64,000 nucleotides of DNA from Mobula hypostoma (taxonomy: Eukaryota): contig NC_086109.1 in assembly GCF_963921235.1 (NCBI RefSeq), positions 29,390,001 through 29,454,000 on the forward strand. The letters run 5' to 3'. The position numbers and the translations under genes were made by a program. The notes beneath the pieces are model-generated. The model did not search any database. It saw only the letters and a program-made list of their open reading frames with translations, and was not told the DNA's origin. Positions 13,236-26,210 of the stretch are shown one piece after another; within the stretch, counting starts at the first letter, position 1, and each line of letters opens with the position of its first letter.

Positions 13236-14089
13236 GGTTATAACTTGATTGTGTCCAAGCATTTTGTCAAGAAGAAAGCTCCAGTGGTGTTGAGGGCTTC
13301 AGTTATCCATCTATTTGCACAGGAGCAAAAGGCAAATAAATGTTACTATCATCTGTTTATAACCCTTCCTCAGTCACTCTCACCTATGAATTTCCATCAT
13401 CTAAAGCCAAACTGATCTGATTCCCTTCGCAATGGCAAACTGTGGGAATGAAACACCAGCAGGAGCAAAGGCAAAAAGGTGAATTTCAAACTAGGCTAGG
13501 CCTGCTGATTTCCTCCAGCATTTTGTATCTGTTACTCTAGAGCTCAGTCAGCTGTTTTGACCTCCCCACACTCGTTCCCAATTTAATAGAATGCATCAAT
13601 AGCTAGATGTACAGAAGAAAAATCCTCAATTTAATCTGGTGCCCAACAAGTTGGTGAAATCAGCTCTTTTTGAATTACTGCACCATCACAAAAGGAGGAA
13701 GAAAACAGGAATCGCAGTTTTTCAAAACATTGTCATGCGCAGATACACCCAATAGAAATCATCTACTTTGAGATATTAATGGGTTTCATAGAGTTTAAAT
13801 TAGAGAATTTCTATATCCCAAATATCTCAGGTGGATCAAAAAGAACACACTGTGGGAATGCAAATTAAAAAGAACAAGAACTTCAATGGCAATGATCCAG
13901 TTATTCTCATTTGCTTCCTTTAAATCCACATTACATTTCATTAAACAGGTTTGACAATTTAATTATGCTTTTCTTTCCTTTGAACACAATCACCAATATG
14001 AATTATTAGAGCAGTGTTTGGAATACTTTAAACTTCCACAAAGTTAAGAGCCAGAGTAGGACATACCAGCTGTGAGCTAAGCTCAATAA

Positions 14090-15230
14090 ATTCTGCAGAT
14101 GCTGAAAATCCAAAGCAACGCCCACACACAAAATGCTGGAGGAACCAGCAGCTCGGGCAGTATCAATGGAAATTAATAAACAGTCAGTGTTTCGGGCTGA
14201 GATGCTCTTTCGGGACAGGAAAGGAAGGAGGAAGGCACCAGAATAAAATGGTGAAGGGGCAGGAGGCGGGTAGCTAGAAGGTGATAGGTGAAACCAAGTT
14301 GATGGGTAAGGTAAACAGCTGGCAAAGAAGGAATCTGATAGGAGAGGAGAGAGGACCATGAGAGAAAGGGAAGAAGGAAGGGCACCAGGGGAGATGATAG
14401 TCAAGTGAGAAGAGATAAGAGGACAGGGAGGGGAATAGAACAGTGGGGAGCGGGGAGAGGGAAAAAACTATTGGAAAAAGAAATCAATGTTCATGCCATC
14501 AGGTTGTGCTGCACCTGCCCATTCACCTTCTCCCTCACCTCCATTCAGGGACCAAACAGTCTTTCCAGTGAGGAAACATTTCTGCGAATCTGTTGGGATC
14601 ATATGTTACATCCGGTGCTTCAGATACCTCCTCTTCATTAGTGAGATCCGTGGTAAATTGGGGGATCGGTTTGTCATGCACCTCCATCCATAAGCCAAAA
14701 GTGGAATTTCTCAATGGCCAATGATTTTAATTCCTATTCCCATTCCCATTCCAACATATCAGTCCATGGCCTCCTCTTTTGCCACGATGAGGCCATTCTC
14801 AGGGTGAAGGAGCAACACCTCATATTCTGTTTGGGTAGCCTCCAACTTGATGGCATGAACATAGATTTCTCCTACCAGTAAAAAAATCCTTCACCCCTCC
14901 CTCTTCTTCCATTCTCCACTTTGGCCTCTTGCCTCTTCTCACTTGCCTACCACCTCACCCTGGAGCCCATCCTTCTTCACTTTCTTCCTGGTCCTCTCTC
15001 CTCTCCTATCAAATTCCTTCCTCTCCAGCCCTTTACCTTTCTCACCCACTTGGCTTCACCTATCACCTTCTAGCTCTCCTCCTTTCCCTCCTCCCACCTT
15101 TCTATTCTGGCATCTTCCCCCTTCCTTTCCAGTCCTGAAGAAGGTTCTTGGCTTGAAACACCGACTGTTTATCAATTTCTGTAGATGCCGCCTAACCTGT
15201 TGAGTTCCTCCAGCATTTTTTGCATGTTGC
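14090..15230. mobile_element. Inverted pair of older PLE 3' fragments (minus ~14090-14505, plus ~14505-15230)
   Basis: Purine-rich UTR at 14220-14460 mirrors pyrimidine-rich UTR at 14890-15130; degenerate hammerheads near both outer ends. Confidence 0.7.
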
Positions 15231-15914
15231 TGCGGTTTAGGTTCTTGACTTACGTCCATGTTTCATCTGTGAAGCTGTAATAGACTCCACAGCACACTGT
15301 TTTCTGGCTTTGTCATTGCAGTTGCATTATATGTGATATAACTGGGTTAAAGTGCTTTAGAATTTGTGCTGAGTGTCTATGTGTTAAAGAGGGTCAAAAG
15401 TCTAATGCAGTTTGTCCATTTTCAGATGAAACAAAAACAAGGTCATACTGACCCTGTGGTATAGTTTCGGTACATGGCATCCCACATTAATAAAGTAGAG
15501 TAATTGAATCATGATTAACAGGAGCCTGTTTAATCCAAGACGTCAGGTCACACATCGGCCTAATTAAACTGTAGTAAAGATAAATCAGCCAAGTATGGTT
15601 TGTCAATAGTCAGTAGGTTCTAAAAAAGAGCATTAATTAGTTTCTTTGCAATTAAATTTAATGCTACTTTAGAAATATTTAGGCGTTATAACTAGCATTG
15701 AGTTTATAGAAAGTTTTAAAGCAAGAGCACGTATCGCAGAATGTTACCTAGTTCACAAGCAGTTTTATTTTTCCTCTTTTTTGGATGAATCTTTGCAACA
15801 ATTTTGGACACATTCAGGCCCTGCTCATATACTACCTCTTAGGGTCAGCTGCAGAAGAACAGTGCCAAGTAGACACAACGGTAATGACACAACATGAAAT
15901 TATCAATATATTTT

Positions 15915-16165
15915 AAACACAAGAAAGTCTGCAGATGTCGGAAATCCAAAGCAACGCACACAAAGTGCTGGAGGAATTCAACATGTCAGGTAGTATCTGT
16001 GGAAATGAATAAACAGTCGACACCTCAGGTGAAGACCCTCCTTCAGGGCTGAGAAGAAAGGGGGAAGATGCGAGAATATGGGGGGAGGGGAAGGAGGCTA
16101 GCTGGAAGCTGATAGGCGAAGCCAGTTGGGAGTGAATGGTCAAAGACTGAAGAAGGAGGAATCTT
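15915..16165 (-). mobile_element. Older PLE terminal remnant
   Basis: ctgcagatgtcggaaatcc...gctggaggaattca...cagtcgacacctcagg. Confidence 0.6.
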
Positions 16166-16305
16166 GGACATACTCTCAGCTGTTCTGCATATAAACAAAG
16201 TTACCTGCAGTTTGGGGGCAATCAAGTTTAATAGGAAAATCAAGCAACACACATCAAAGTTGCTGGTGAATGCAGCAGGCCAGGCAGCATCTCTAGGAAG
16301 AGGTA

Positions 16306-16343
16306 CAGTCGACGTTTCAGGCCGAGACCCTTCGTCAGGACTA
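16306..16343 (-). ncRNA. Minimal type I hammerhead ribozyme motif (intact core)
   Basis: Same 38-nt sequence as 3058-3095; lies ~300 nt downstream of the GIY-YIG stop codon. Confidence 0.82.
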
Positions 16344-16637
16344 ACTGAAGGAAGAGTGAGTAAGGGATTTGAAAGCTGGAGGGGGAGGGGGAGATGCAAA
16401 ATGATAGGAGAAGACAGGAGGGGGAGGGATAGAGCCGAGAGCTGGACAGGTGATAGGCAGAAGGGGATACGAGAGGATCATGGGACAGGAGGTCCAGGAA
16501 GAAAGACGGGGGGGGGGGTGACCCAGAGGATGGGCAAGGGGTATAGTCAGAGGGACAGAGGGAGAAAAAGGAGAGTGAGAGAAAGAATGTGTGTATAAAA
16601 ATTAATAACAGATGGGGTACGAGGGGGAGATGGGGCA

Positions 16638-16940
16638 TTAGCGGAAGTTAGAGAATTCAACGTTCATGCCATCAGGTTGGAGGCTACCTAGACAGAATAT
16701 AAGGCGTTGTTCCTCCAACCTGAGTGTGGCTTCATCTTTACAGTAGAGGATGCTGTGGATAGACATGTCAGAATGGGAGTGGGATGTGGAATTAAAATGT
16801 GTGGCCACTGGGAGATCCTGCTTTCTCTGGCGGACAGAGCGTAGGTGCTCAGCAAAGCTGTCTCCCAGTCTGCGTTGGGTCTTGCCAATATATAGAAGGC
16901 CACATCGGGAGCACCGGACGCAGTATACCACCCCAATCAC
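16638..16940 (-). pseudogene. PLE GIY-YIG endonuclease domain (remnant, RT missing)
   Basis: GVVYCVRCSRCGLLYIGKT-QRRLGDSFAEH...VATHFN...RLEEQRLIF-LGSLQPDGMN; CxxC between the GIY and YIG motifs. Confidence 0.88.
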
Positions 16941-19454
16941 GCCAGTGATTGTTTTTGTTTAACCACCAGTACACTTGAAAGGTTTTTGTAGAAACAGTTG
17001 GTATTGCTCTCAATATTTCAAGATGTCTGTCATTGTCAGGTTATGTCTCAGAAATCTACAGGAAGGAAGGGGTCACTGCAATCTAATGGAACATGAACTT
17101 TCTGCTAGGTCTGAGGTCCAGAGCTTCAAATATTCAGTTCTTCAGATGGTGAAATATTATGTTGGAATATTGAAAGTAATGGTGATCCATTGATGTCTGC
17201 CTTCATCGAGGGATGACTCCTGAGAGATCCACATAATCCACATTTTTCACCAGCTCACTCTGGACTTTATTGTTATGAAAATAATGTTGTGCATTAGGGA
17301 CAGTTTGTTGGAGAGCTTTATTTTGTGGATGGTAAGTGTATTAGCCCCTTCTATCATCCTAAGCTTCATTGAACACGTTGACAGTGATTCGCATTTGAGA
17401 TCTGAAAGTTTTTATATGCAAGTATTCTTAATGTTCTGCAAGTAGATGCCTACACCTGAGGTGATCTTGGTTCTAGAGTGGAGGGAATGTATGCTGAGTA
17501 TTTTCCTATCTGTGCTTCATCCTGGCGCTACTCCAATGGTAAGATTGTTGGAAGTGAGGTGCAGCATTGTAATGAGGAAGATCGAAAAAAAACTATAGGG
17601 TAATAAAAAACTGAATGATGCAGTTTTCCTTGGCATTGGTATGAACTTCAATTAGATCTGTTGTACATTTATCATTAATATCATAATGTGCATGTCATTG
17701 CAAGAAAGGTGTAAAATGGAGAGGAAATTCCGCAGGCAACAAAGCTAAGAAGGATACTTAACAGTCTCCCTCAAATACTGGAGTGAAAAGGTTACTGTGA
17801 GGGCCAAGAATAAGATCTGATGTTGTTTCCTGCATTTCTGCTGGGGCTTTTGCACCACGTGGATCATGTCAATCACGGCTTTAAATGGAAAGATGCACAC
17901 ATCAGTTCAGGGGCAATACCTAGACCATTAACTTGAAACAGTGGAAGATGACCAGGAGATAATTTTCTCTGTGGCAGACAGCATAGAGATCCTTCTGTAG
18001 GGCCTGATACTTACAGTAGCAGGGCAAATCATCCTTGAGAAATATTGTTTAGAATTATTGAATATTATTGTGAAAAATAGACCATTCTTCCCTTTGTACT
18101 CTTTGTCTCTAATTCCTTTTGACAATTACCATTCTGTGTTGTCAGTTTATTGATTCTACTACCACTGGAAAAGCTTGGATATTCACCTACCCTATATAAC
18201 TCATGATAATTTTGAATTTCTCTGCCAAAAATTAGGAGGACATAATGAGAACTTACCCCCAACTACTTTTTGCCCCTTATTAAAACTTGCATACACATGG
18301 TCAATATCCTCTTCATTCTGTGTACTTGCACTTTGCTAACTTCTGGTCTGTGGTGTTAAATCAAAATTGCTCAATGGCACATCTACACATTTTCCATAAT
18401 AATGTCATTATCAATTCTTTCTCATCCTTCATTGATAAGCTCAGTTAGGTTAGTTAAACATGATTTTGCTTTTAACAAGGCCATTTAAGCTTTGATTTAT
18501 TAAGCCTTATTTCCATCTGCCATATTATACTGCAGTAGATTATTTTCTCTAGGCTGTCTGGCAATTATAGATTGGATTTATCCTCTTCTGTTAAAAAAAT
18601 AATTGTATTTGGTCATTTTTAATTTCTCTAACAGCAACCCAATTGGAAGATCATAGTTAAAATCTCTATAGTTTCCATTCCTACCTTTCACAGCAACATT
18701 GTGTTCATTCCATCTAAGGATGTGACTTTTGTACCTTGATTGCTATCAATTTTTAAGTACTTCCTCTATTATCTATTGCTCCGGGGAAAGAACCTTCTTC
18801 TCACTGTTGTTCTCTCTGTAGTTCAATGCTTTCTGTGGGTTATGTTTTTGTTTTGAAGCAATCTTTTGTGAAGTCCATTTGTCTATCAACAGTTTATCAT
18901 AAAAGTCGGTCCAAGGTCAAAATTTCTCCACACAAAACATAGCCTTCATTGTGAACAACTTTCCAGGTGACCAGAGAGTGTTCATTATGGGAATGACTTG
19001 TTCAGTGGGGCCTCTGCTGCCAGGTTGACTCTGCATGAATTCAATTGCCCTTGCCAAATCTAATTATTCCATCGTGTTTCCATTCATCTCCTGAAAAACA
19101 TTGTGTCAAGTAGCAGAAAGAAAGAAAGAAAGATTTTTGGTTTTACATTTTTAGATTTACTTAAATGATCATTGTTTCCATTTAGGATGGCAATTCTTGA
19201 CTAGCAAGTGGTATAACTACATTACATATCATTCTACACTAATGTGTTCGAGAAACCCCCTCCAGGCTGTTCAGTGCATTCAAAAGCTCCTTTCCATAGA
19301 CCCAGATGACTTAGTGTCACTGAGGGGAGAAAAGTAATAGCATTGTAGAATCCCCTTCAATAATTTCCCCATCCCCATCCTCACCAGACAACGTAAGAGT
19401 ATCTTTGTAACTCATGTGACAAATTTTCTTCTTGATGAATTGCTGCATTCTCAG

Positions 19455-19890
19455 TTTCCTACAAGGAACATTGCCAAAAGAAAGCAACATCCATCATCAA
19501 GGACCCCCACCATCCAGACCATGATCTCTTCTCACTGCTGCCATCAGGAAGGAGGTACAGGAGCCTTCAGTCCCACACCACCAGTTCAAGACAGCTATAA
19601 CCTTACAACCATCAGGCTACTGAACCAGCTCAACTCTGAACTGATTCCACAACCTATTGACACACTTTCAAGGACTCTACAACTCATGTTCTCGGTATTA
19701 CTTATTGACTTTTTTATTTGCACAATTTGTCTTCTTTTGCACATTGATTGTTCATCAGTCTCTGTTGGTGTGCAGCTTTTCATTGATTCTGTTGTGTTTC
19801 TTTGTTCTACTGTGAATGCCTGCAGAAATGAATCTCAAGGTGGTATATGGTGACGTATACATACTTCAATAATACTTTGAACTTTTGAAA
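19455..19890 (+). mobile_element. Rex/Babar-type LINE 3' fragment
   Basis: tccatcatcaaggacccccaccatccag...ctgccatcaggaaggaggtac, plus tail actttgaactttt. Confidence 0.7.
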
Positions 19891-21797
19891 TTTTTCCCTG
19901 AGTCCACTGCCAGCATACATATTTACAGTGCAACTTCAGTCAGCAGCTATTCATTTTTCTCAATGGCCTCCACTGTTTTGCCAAAATCCTGAGATCCCAA
20001 GAGCAATGCTGTTTGGGGCTTAGCTCCTGTTAGGATCACCATGCTGGTAAGGTCAAGGGAGAGGTTCCAAGCAAAGAGTGATCCAACCAAGACATCAACG
20101 GTGGAAAATGATGACATATAACAAATGACACTGAAGGGTCCCTGTTCATCTTGCATTGATATCACTGGGCCCTGATCCCAATCTGTTAAAGACTACACAG
20201 TGGCTGTTCATGCATCAACCTCCCCATGCTAAATAAAGTCACACACAGGGGTTCTCCATTCAGGGAATAAATGAATGATCGCATTACTACAGTGTTTGAA
20301 AGGTCCCTTTATTTTGCTAACAAAGCAAGCTACAACAAGTAGATGATCAGCCATGATCACAGTGAATGGCGGTGTTGGCTCGAAGGGCCGAATGGCCTAC
20401 TCCTGCACTTATTGTCTATTGTCTATTGTCTACAACTTGGTGTGGCAGTTATTTAAAATGTCTTTCAACCATACTGAACACTTCTCAAACAATAGAGATC
20501 CATCCCTACCATTCCCTCAAAAGTAGACAATATTCTGCACAGGAGCTATGTGCTGCAATATTCTAAAAATGTTGACTACTGTTGACCAACGAATTAGCAG
20601 ACGCCTTTCAATTTTCAGACAAGAAGAGCATAAATGAGAAAGTATGTATGAACTTTCACAGCAAAACTCTTCAAGTCAAGTGGAGGATTGTCAGCGGTTG
20701 GTAGAAAGTTTATAAACACCATGAGCACAACCATTACTAAGTATCACATTTCCTAATCTGACCTACGACCTTCATCATACCTTGTCAATCACCACCAAAA
20801 CTTGGATTAATATTACATTTACAGAGTCAACAAACTTTTCACCAAGAAAGTTTTCCTCAAATAGGATTTGCATTGCATGCTAAAAAAGGCTTTGCCTGGC
20901 AGAGCAGTGGGTCACGGTACGAAATGTCGACTGTTTATTCATTTTCATAGATGCTGCCTGGCTTCCTGAGTTCCTCCAGGGTTTTATGTGTGTTAAACAC
21001 CATGATATTTGTTATCACTCTGTTGCGCTTCAAAACTGGTGTGACCCAATGATTCTTTGGTTGTTAATGTTGAAAACACATTGGAAATGGAGCAGAGCCC
21101 TGATGCACATTTTTGACCTGAAGCATTGAGAATTCCTTTCCTCGCTGATTTCCTTCAGCGGATTGTTTGTTGCTCCAGCTTCCAGTATCAGGACCTTTAA
21201 CTGTGGGATGAAAAGTTCAGTTAGAGTTTTAATAGCATGTACAACCTGGACATGAAACCATGATTTGTTTTGCACAGAATTCTAAGCAAACAGTTCACTA
21301 CTTGCATAAACATGAACATCTTCAATATTTTGGTTTACAAAAACCTTTACTTTGATCAGCATCCTTGTGTTGTCTTGTTCAAAGTTACAGATCAGTATCA
21401 CATCAGCTATCATGAGAAAATGAAAAGTTTCTACCAGACATCTGATAAACTTCATTGCTGTTATCTGGAACTGTTGCATCTCTCCAAAACATTTCAAAGG
21501 TCCTGTTGTTGAAGAACAAGCACACTTTTGTGGTGGTGTCAGTTTTAACAAAGTTTGCACAGTATATGCATTGGAAGTCCATATGCGTAGCTTCTTTTAA
21601 CAGAGGGTTTGCTTTGCATTCCAGCTATCCACAGAGACATAATAGAGAGAGATCTTAGTCCAGTTATAATGCAACCTAGGTGACTAAAACTAGCCTCTGT
21701 TGTATGGATGTTAATACCCTGAAAAAGGGTGGTGGGTACATGTGTTGGTATTACTTAACTTGTGCATGCACACACAGTCATAAACACATGAGTACAT

Positions 21798-21799
<2 letters not shown>

Positions 21800-21829
<30 letters not shown>

Positions 21830-21830
21830 A
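21800..21830. repeat. (CG)n(CA)n microsatellite
   Basis: Direct reading. Confidence 0.95.
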
Positions 21831-22159
21831 AAGATGCCCTTGTCCACAACCCCTTCCTTCACTTCCTCCATCATCCTCCCTCCTCTTGACCTCTCATACC
21901 CTCAATTCTCCCCGTCCCTCAACCCCATCTCTCTGAGCATAATCTCCATTCTCCCAGCTTTCTGATCTCCTTCCACCCTTTTACAGGTGACTCCCAGAGG
22001 TTCTTACACATCCTACCTCTCTCAACATATCTGCCTAAGTTCCAGGCAGTGCGTCAGTCCTCAGCTCACACACCTCACTATGCCGTGGCACTCAGCTATG
22101 CACGGAGACCCATTGCTGCTACAATTTGTCTATTGCTGTTGTCACCGTTTTCCACAAGA

Positions 22160-22800
22160 CCATAAAACATAGGAGCTGAATTAGGCCATTTTGCCATCGA
22201 GTCTGGCTGATCATGAATGATTTATTTTTCCCTTTCAATCCCATTCTGCTGCCTTCTTTCCCTAACCTTTGAGACCCTTACTAAGTAAAAAAAACCTATC
22301 AATGTTTGCTTTAAATTTTCCTATTGACGTATCTTCCACGGTCTTTTGTGGCAATGAATTCCACATATTCGCTACCCTTGGGCGAAAAGAATTCCTTCTC
22401 ATCTCTGCTCTGAAAGTATGCCCTTTTGTCCTGAGATAGATAGATAGATAGATGGATACACTTTATTGATCCCGAGGGAAATTGGGTATTATTTCCAGCG
22501 CTAAAAACCCAAATAAAACTCTCTCCACCAGACTGTTAGAGAGGGTGCAGCTTCAATGTGTTACCGTGAAAAAAAAACAACAAATAACGTCAGTTAAAAA
22601 AGTGAGAAAACTAGTCGGAACGGCTGTAACAGGGCTGCATGCACGACCGGCGCATGCTCACAAGGTCGTGCATCACCACAAGCACAAGCACGTGCTTTCT
22701 GGTCCTAAACTCTCACACTACTGGAAACATCCTCTCCACATCCACTCTATCCGGGCCTTTCAATATTTGGCAGGTATCCATACATCTTGCCCCATTCCAT
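22160..22800 (-). mobile_element. CR1 3' fragment split by an insertion at 22435-22696
   Basis: Reverse complement of the CR1 tail and LWNSLP region; resumes at ctggtcctaaactc. Confidence 0.7.
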
Positions 22801-23239
22801 CCACACATCTGGCCCTATTCGAAGCCATAAAGTGCCCACATAGCTGGCGCCAGTCCCAGATCCAGCCACCTTCCTGATCATGTGCCGGGACAGCTGCACA
22901 CCCAGATCAGATCATACCTTGAGGTGTAAGGTTGTTCAAAGCCATTTACTGGGGTGGAGAACTAAGGCAGAGAGCCAGGTGAATGTGGCTTGCTGGCAAC
23001 ACCTGCTATGAACTGTACTTTATCATATTACCTGCATGGTTACTCAATGTACATTAAAAGCTGTCACAATACATTAGAAAGTTGATCCATTATTGCAAAG
23101 CTAGCAGCTTGCAGAATGCCTACACAAGAAATACTGCAGATACTACTAGAGATATGGAGTATGAAGGGAAGTGGGCAGTCAACATTTTGGGTCAAGACCC
23201 TTCTTCGGGACTGGGAAGAATCACAGGAGGTAGGCAGTA

Positions 23240-24596
23240 CAGGTGTCTCCTGCTTTTTGAACGTTCGCTTTACGAAACTTCACTGTTACGAAAGACCCAC
23301 ATTAGTACCCTGTTTTCACTTACAGAAGGTGTTTTCACTGTTACGAAGAAAGGCAGCGCATGATAAAAGGGAGCGCGCGCCCCGAGCAGCCGCTCTGCCC
23401 CGGATTCGGAACAGCATTGCTGAAACACGTTGCATTGAGCAGCCGTTAGCAAGATGAGTTCTAAGGTGTCGGAAAAGCCTGAAAGAGCTCAAAAGGGTGT
23501 TACACTTAGCGTAAAACTAGGCATAATTAAGCGTTTCAATCGTGGTGAACAAAGCAATGACAAAGTGAGTTTGGCTTGTGGAAGTTGACGAAGATGATGT
23601 TGAAGAGGTTTTGGCATCCCATGACCAAGAACTGATAGATGAAGAGCTGATGCAATTGGAAGAGGAAAGGATAACAATCGAAACTGAATGCAGAAAGTGA
23701 AGCAACTGTGTGAGACTTTCGCTGCAATGATAAAGTACGACTTTAATCTTGAAAGGGTACGTAGGTTTAGGGGATATTTGCAGGATGGTTTGAGTGCTTA
23801 CAAACAACTGTATGATAGAAAAATGCGCGAGGCTCGGCAGTCAAGCAAGCCTTCCACATCAGCCACAGCAAATGATGAACCTCGACCTTCGACATCGAGG
23901 TGGGCAGTCATAGGAGAAGATGAGCTGCCTGCCCTGATCAACGATGAGCTGACACCCCTGTGTCCCAGCACCCAACACCCGGGCCCCGGACAGATACCGT
24001 ACCGATTCACGAAGAACGCAGCAGTAGCTGAGAGGCACACAGCACATCTTTAAGAAAAAAGCCGAAATAAACATGCTAATTAATTACGTGTCGGCGGCAT
24101 CTAATTAATTAGCATGTTTATTTCGGCTTTTTTCTTAACAATGTGCTGTGTGCCTCCAGGCTACAGCTGCGTTCTTCGCGGCAATGTATTGGGTCGGCGG
24201 CCCGGAGGGTGGGGACCACTGCACCACCCAGCCTGCAATGACTCAGTCTAACACATCATCATCAGTGTGCTCGGCGCTGTTTTCCCAATTCCGGTAAGTG
24301 ATACTACACTGTACATACATTATTTCTACTTTATATAGGCTGTGTATTTTTACATGCTATTTGGTAGATTTGGCAGCTTCATAGTTTAAAGGTTACTGGA
24401 GAGCGCGTTTATGCCAACAGCGCTCGCGTGAGGTTTTCTGCCGAGAGCGCTTGCGTGAGATTTTTCCTACAGAGATCTGTACAGGCAATCGTTGTAGAGA
24501 AGTATTTCTACTTTATATAGGCTGTGTATTTATCATATCATTCCTGCTTTTACTATATGTTACTGTTATTTTAGGCTTCATGTGTTATTTGGCATG
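23240..24596 (+). mobile_element. Internally deleted Tigger/pogo-like DNA transposon, right end not seen
   Basis: TA then CAGGTGTC start; 23454 MSSKVSEKPERAQKGVTLSVKLGIIKRFNRGE (CENP-B-type N-terminal HTH) adjoins EVDEDDVEEVLASHDQELIDEELMQLEEE (Tigger C-terminal motif); no DDD domain. Confidence 0.75.
24010..24178. repeat. Long inverted repeat (77-bp arms, 37-bp perfect core, 15-nt spacer)
   Basis: ttaagaaaaaagccgaaataaacatgctaattaatta at 24050-24086 and its reverse complement at 24102-24138. Confidence 0.95.
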
Positions 24597-24650
24597 ACGC
24601 AAAATGTTGGTGGAACGCAACAGGCTAGGCAGCATCTATAGGAAGAAGTA

Positions 24651-24684
24651 CAGTCGACGTTTCGGGCCGAGACCCTTCGTCAGG
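24651..24684 (-). ncRNA. Hammerhead core with 5' strand of stem I truncated
   Basis: c-CUGACGA-a-gggu(cucg)gccc-GAAAC-GUC-gacug. Confidence 0.55.
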
Positions 24685-25687
24685 TAGTATATCGAAGGTT
24701 GGTGGGAAGGGGTGGAGCAGGTGATAGATGGATCCTGGTGAGATAGGTAGGTGGGGGAGGGAGAATGGGAATGATGTCAAAGCTGGGAGATGATAGGTGG
24801 AAGTGACAAAGGGCTGAAGAAGATGGAATCTGATAGAAGAGAACAGTGCATCATGGAATAAAGGAAAGTGATAAAGAGGGAAACCAGCGGGAAGACTGTG
24901 TAGGTGATAAATACATTGAGAAGATGGGGAAAGAGGAAGAGAAGGGTTAATGGGGCCAGAAGGGAGTAGTTACTGGAATTTAGAGAAAGCAATGTTCATG
25001 CCATTATGTTGGAGACCACAAAGGTGAAATATGAGTTCCTGATCCTCTAATCCGTCTCTAGTCTCAACTTGGCATCAGAGGAGGCTGTAAAGAAAAATGG
25101 AAAGTAGAATTCAAATTGCTAGTGACTCACACTCACTCTGTGTTTCTGCAGAATTTGACTAAAGATTTCTTTTAGGAAGTAGTCATTTGGCAAAGTCAAG
25201 TGTTTAGTTATGAAGTGCAGCAGCAGAAAATGTGGAAAACTGGTGGCTTCTTAAGAAAAGGGTAAGGACACTCATTCCGTGGTTTAACTACAATACAAGA
25301 AGTATAAGGTTCTCTAAATTATACAAAGAACATTAATGTCATTGTGCATTAGGGTTACTAGTGGTTAGCATGGTTGCTACGTGGAGAGATATCGAATACT
25401 GGGAAGGTTCCCATAGAGGCAGAGAGCAGTTAGCAGATATTGCTGCTTGGATTTTCAGCATCTGTGGATTTTCTCTCGTTTGTAGAAGATATACAATGCA
25501 GCTTTGTTTAATTATAAACATTTTGATAGGATGATTAAGGAAACATTATTTCCCTTATTTGGGAAAGAGTAATAATGGCTCTCTAACTCCAAATTTTCAC
25601 TAAATTGTATTTATATCTAGCATTGAATATTTTCCTACAAAACAATGTGATGGAAAAACCATGACATAATTCTTATATACACAAAAA

Positions 25688-26210
25688 GTGGTGGATGCAG
25701 GCCAATTCATCTCAAGAAAATCCTTCCCCACCATTGAACACATCTATAACAAGCACTGACACAAGAAAGCAGCATCCATCATCAAGGACCCCCACCATAC
25801 AGGCTATGCTCTCTTCTCACTACTACCAACAGGAAGGAGGTGCAGAAGCCTTTGGTCCCACGCCACCAGGTTTAGGGAGAATTATTACTCTTCAACCATC
25901 AAGCTCCTAAACCAGTGTGGACAACTTCACTCACCTCAACACTGAACTGATCACTGAACTCAAATTATGGACTCACTTTCAAGTGCTCTACAACACATAT
26001 TTTCAGTATTATTTATTTACTTATTTATTATTATTATTATTATTTTGTATTTGCAAAATTTGTCTGTTTTTGCACTTTGGTTGCTCAGAAGTTTTTGTGT
26101 GAAGTATTTCATTGAATCTATTGTACGCCTTTGTTCTACTGTAAATGCCTGCGAGAAAATAAATCTTAAGTGGTAGTTGATGACATATAAGTACTTTGAT
26201 TATAAATTTC
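25688..26210 (+). mobile_element. Rex/Babar-type LINE 3' fragment
   Basis: KAASIIKDPHH-type coding remnant and UTR homologous to 19455-19890. Confidence 0.7.

Larger units (their letters stand above)
16240..16940 (-). mobile_element. Penelope-like element, 5'-truncated
   Basis: GIY-YIG ORF, 3' UTR and terminal hammerhead. Confidence 0.9.
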
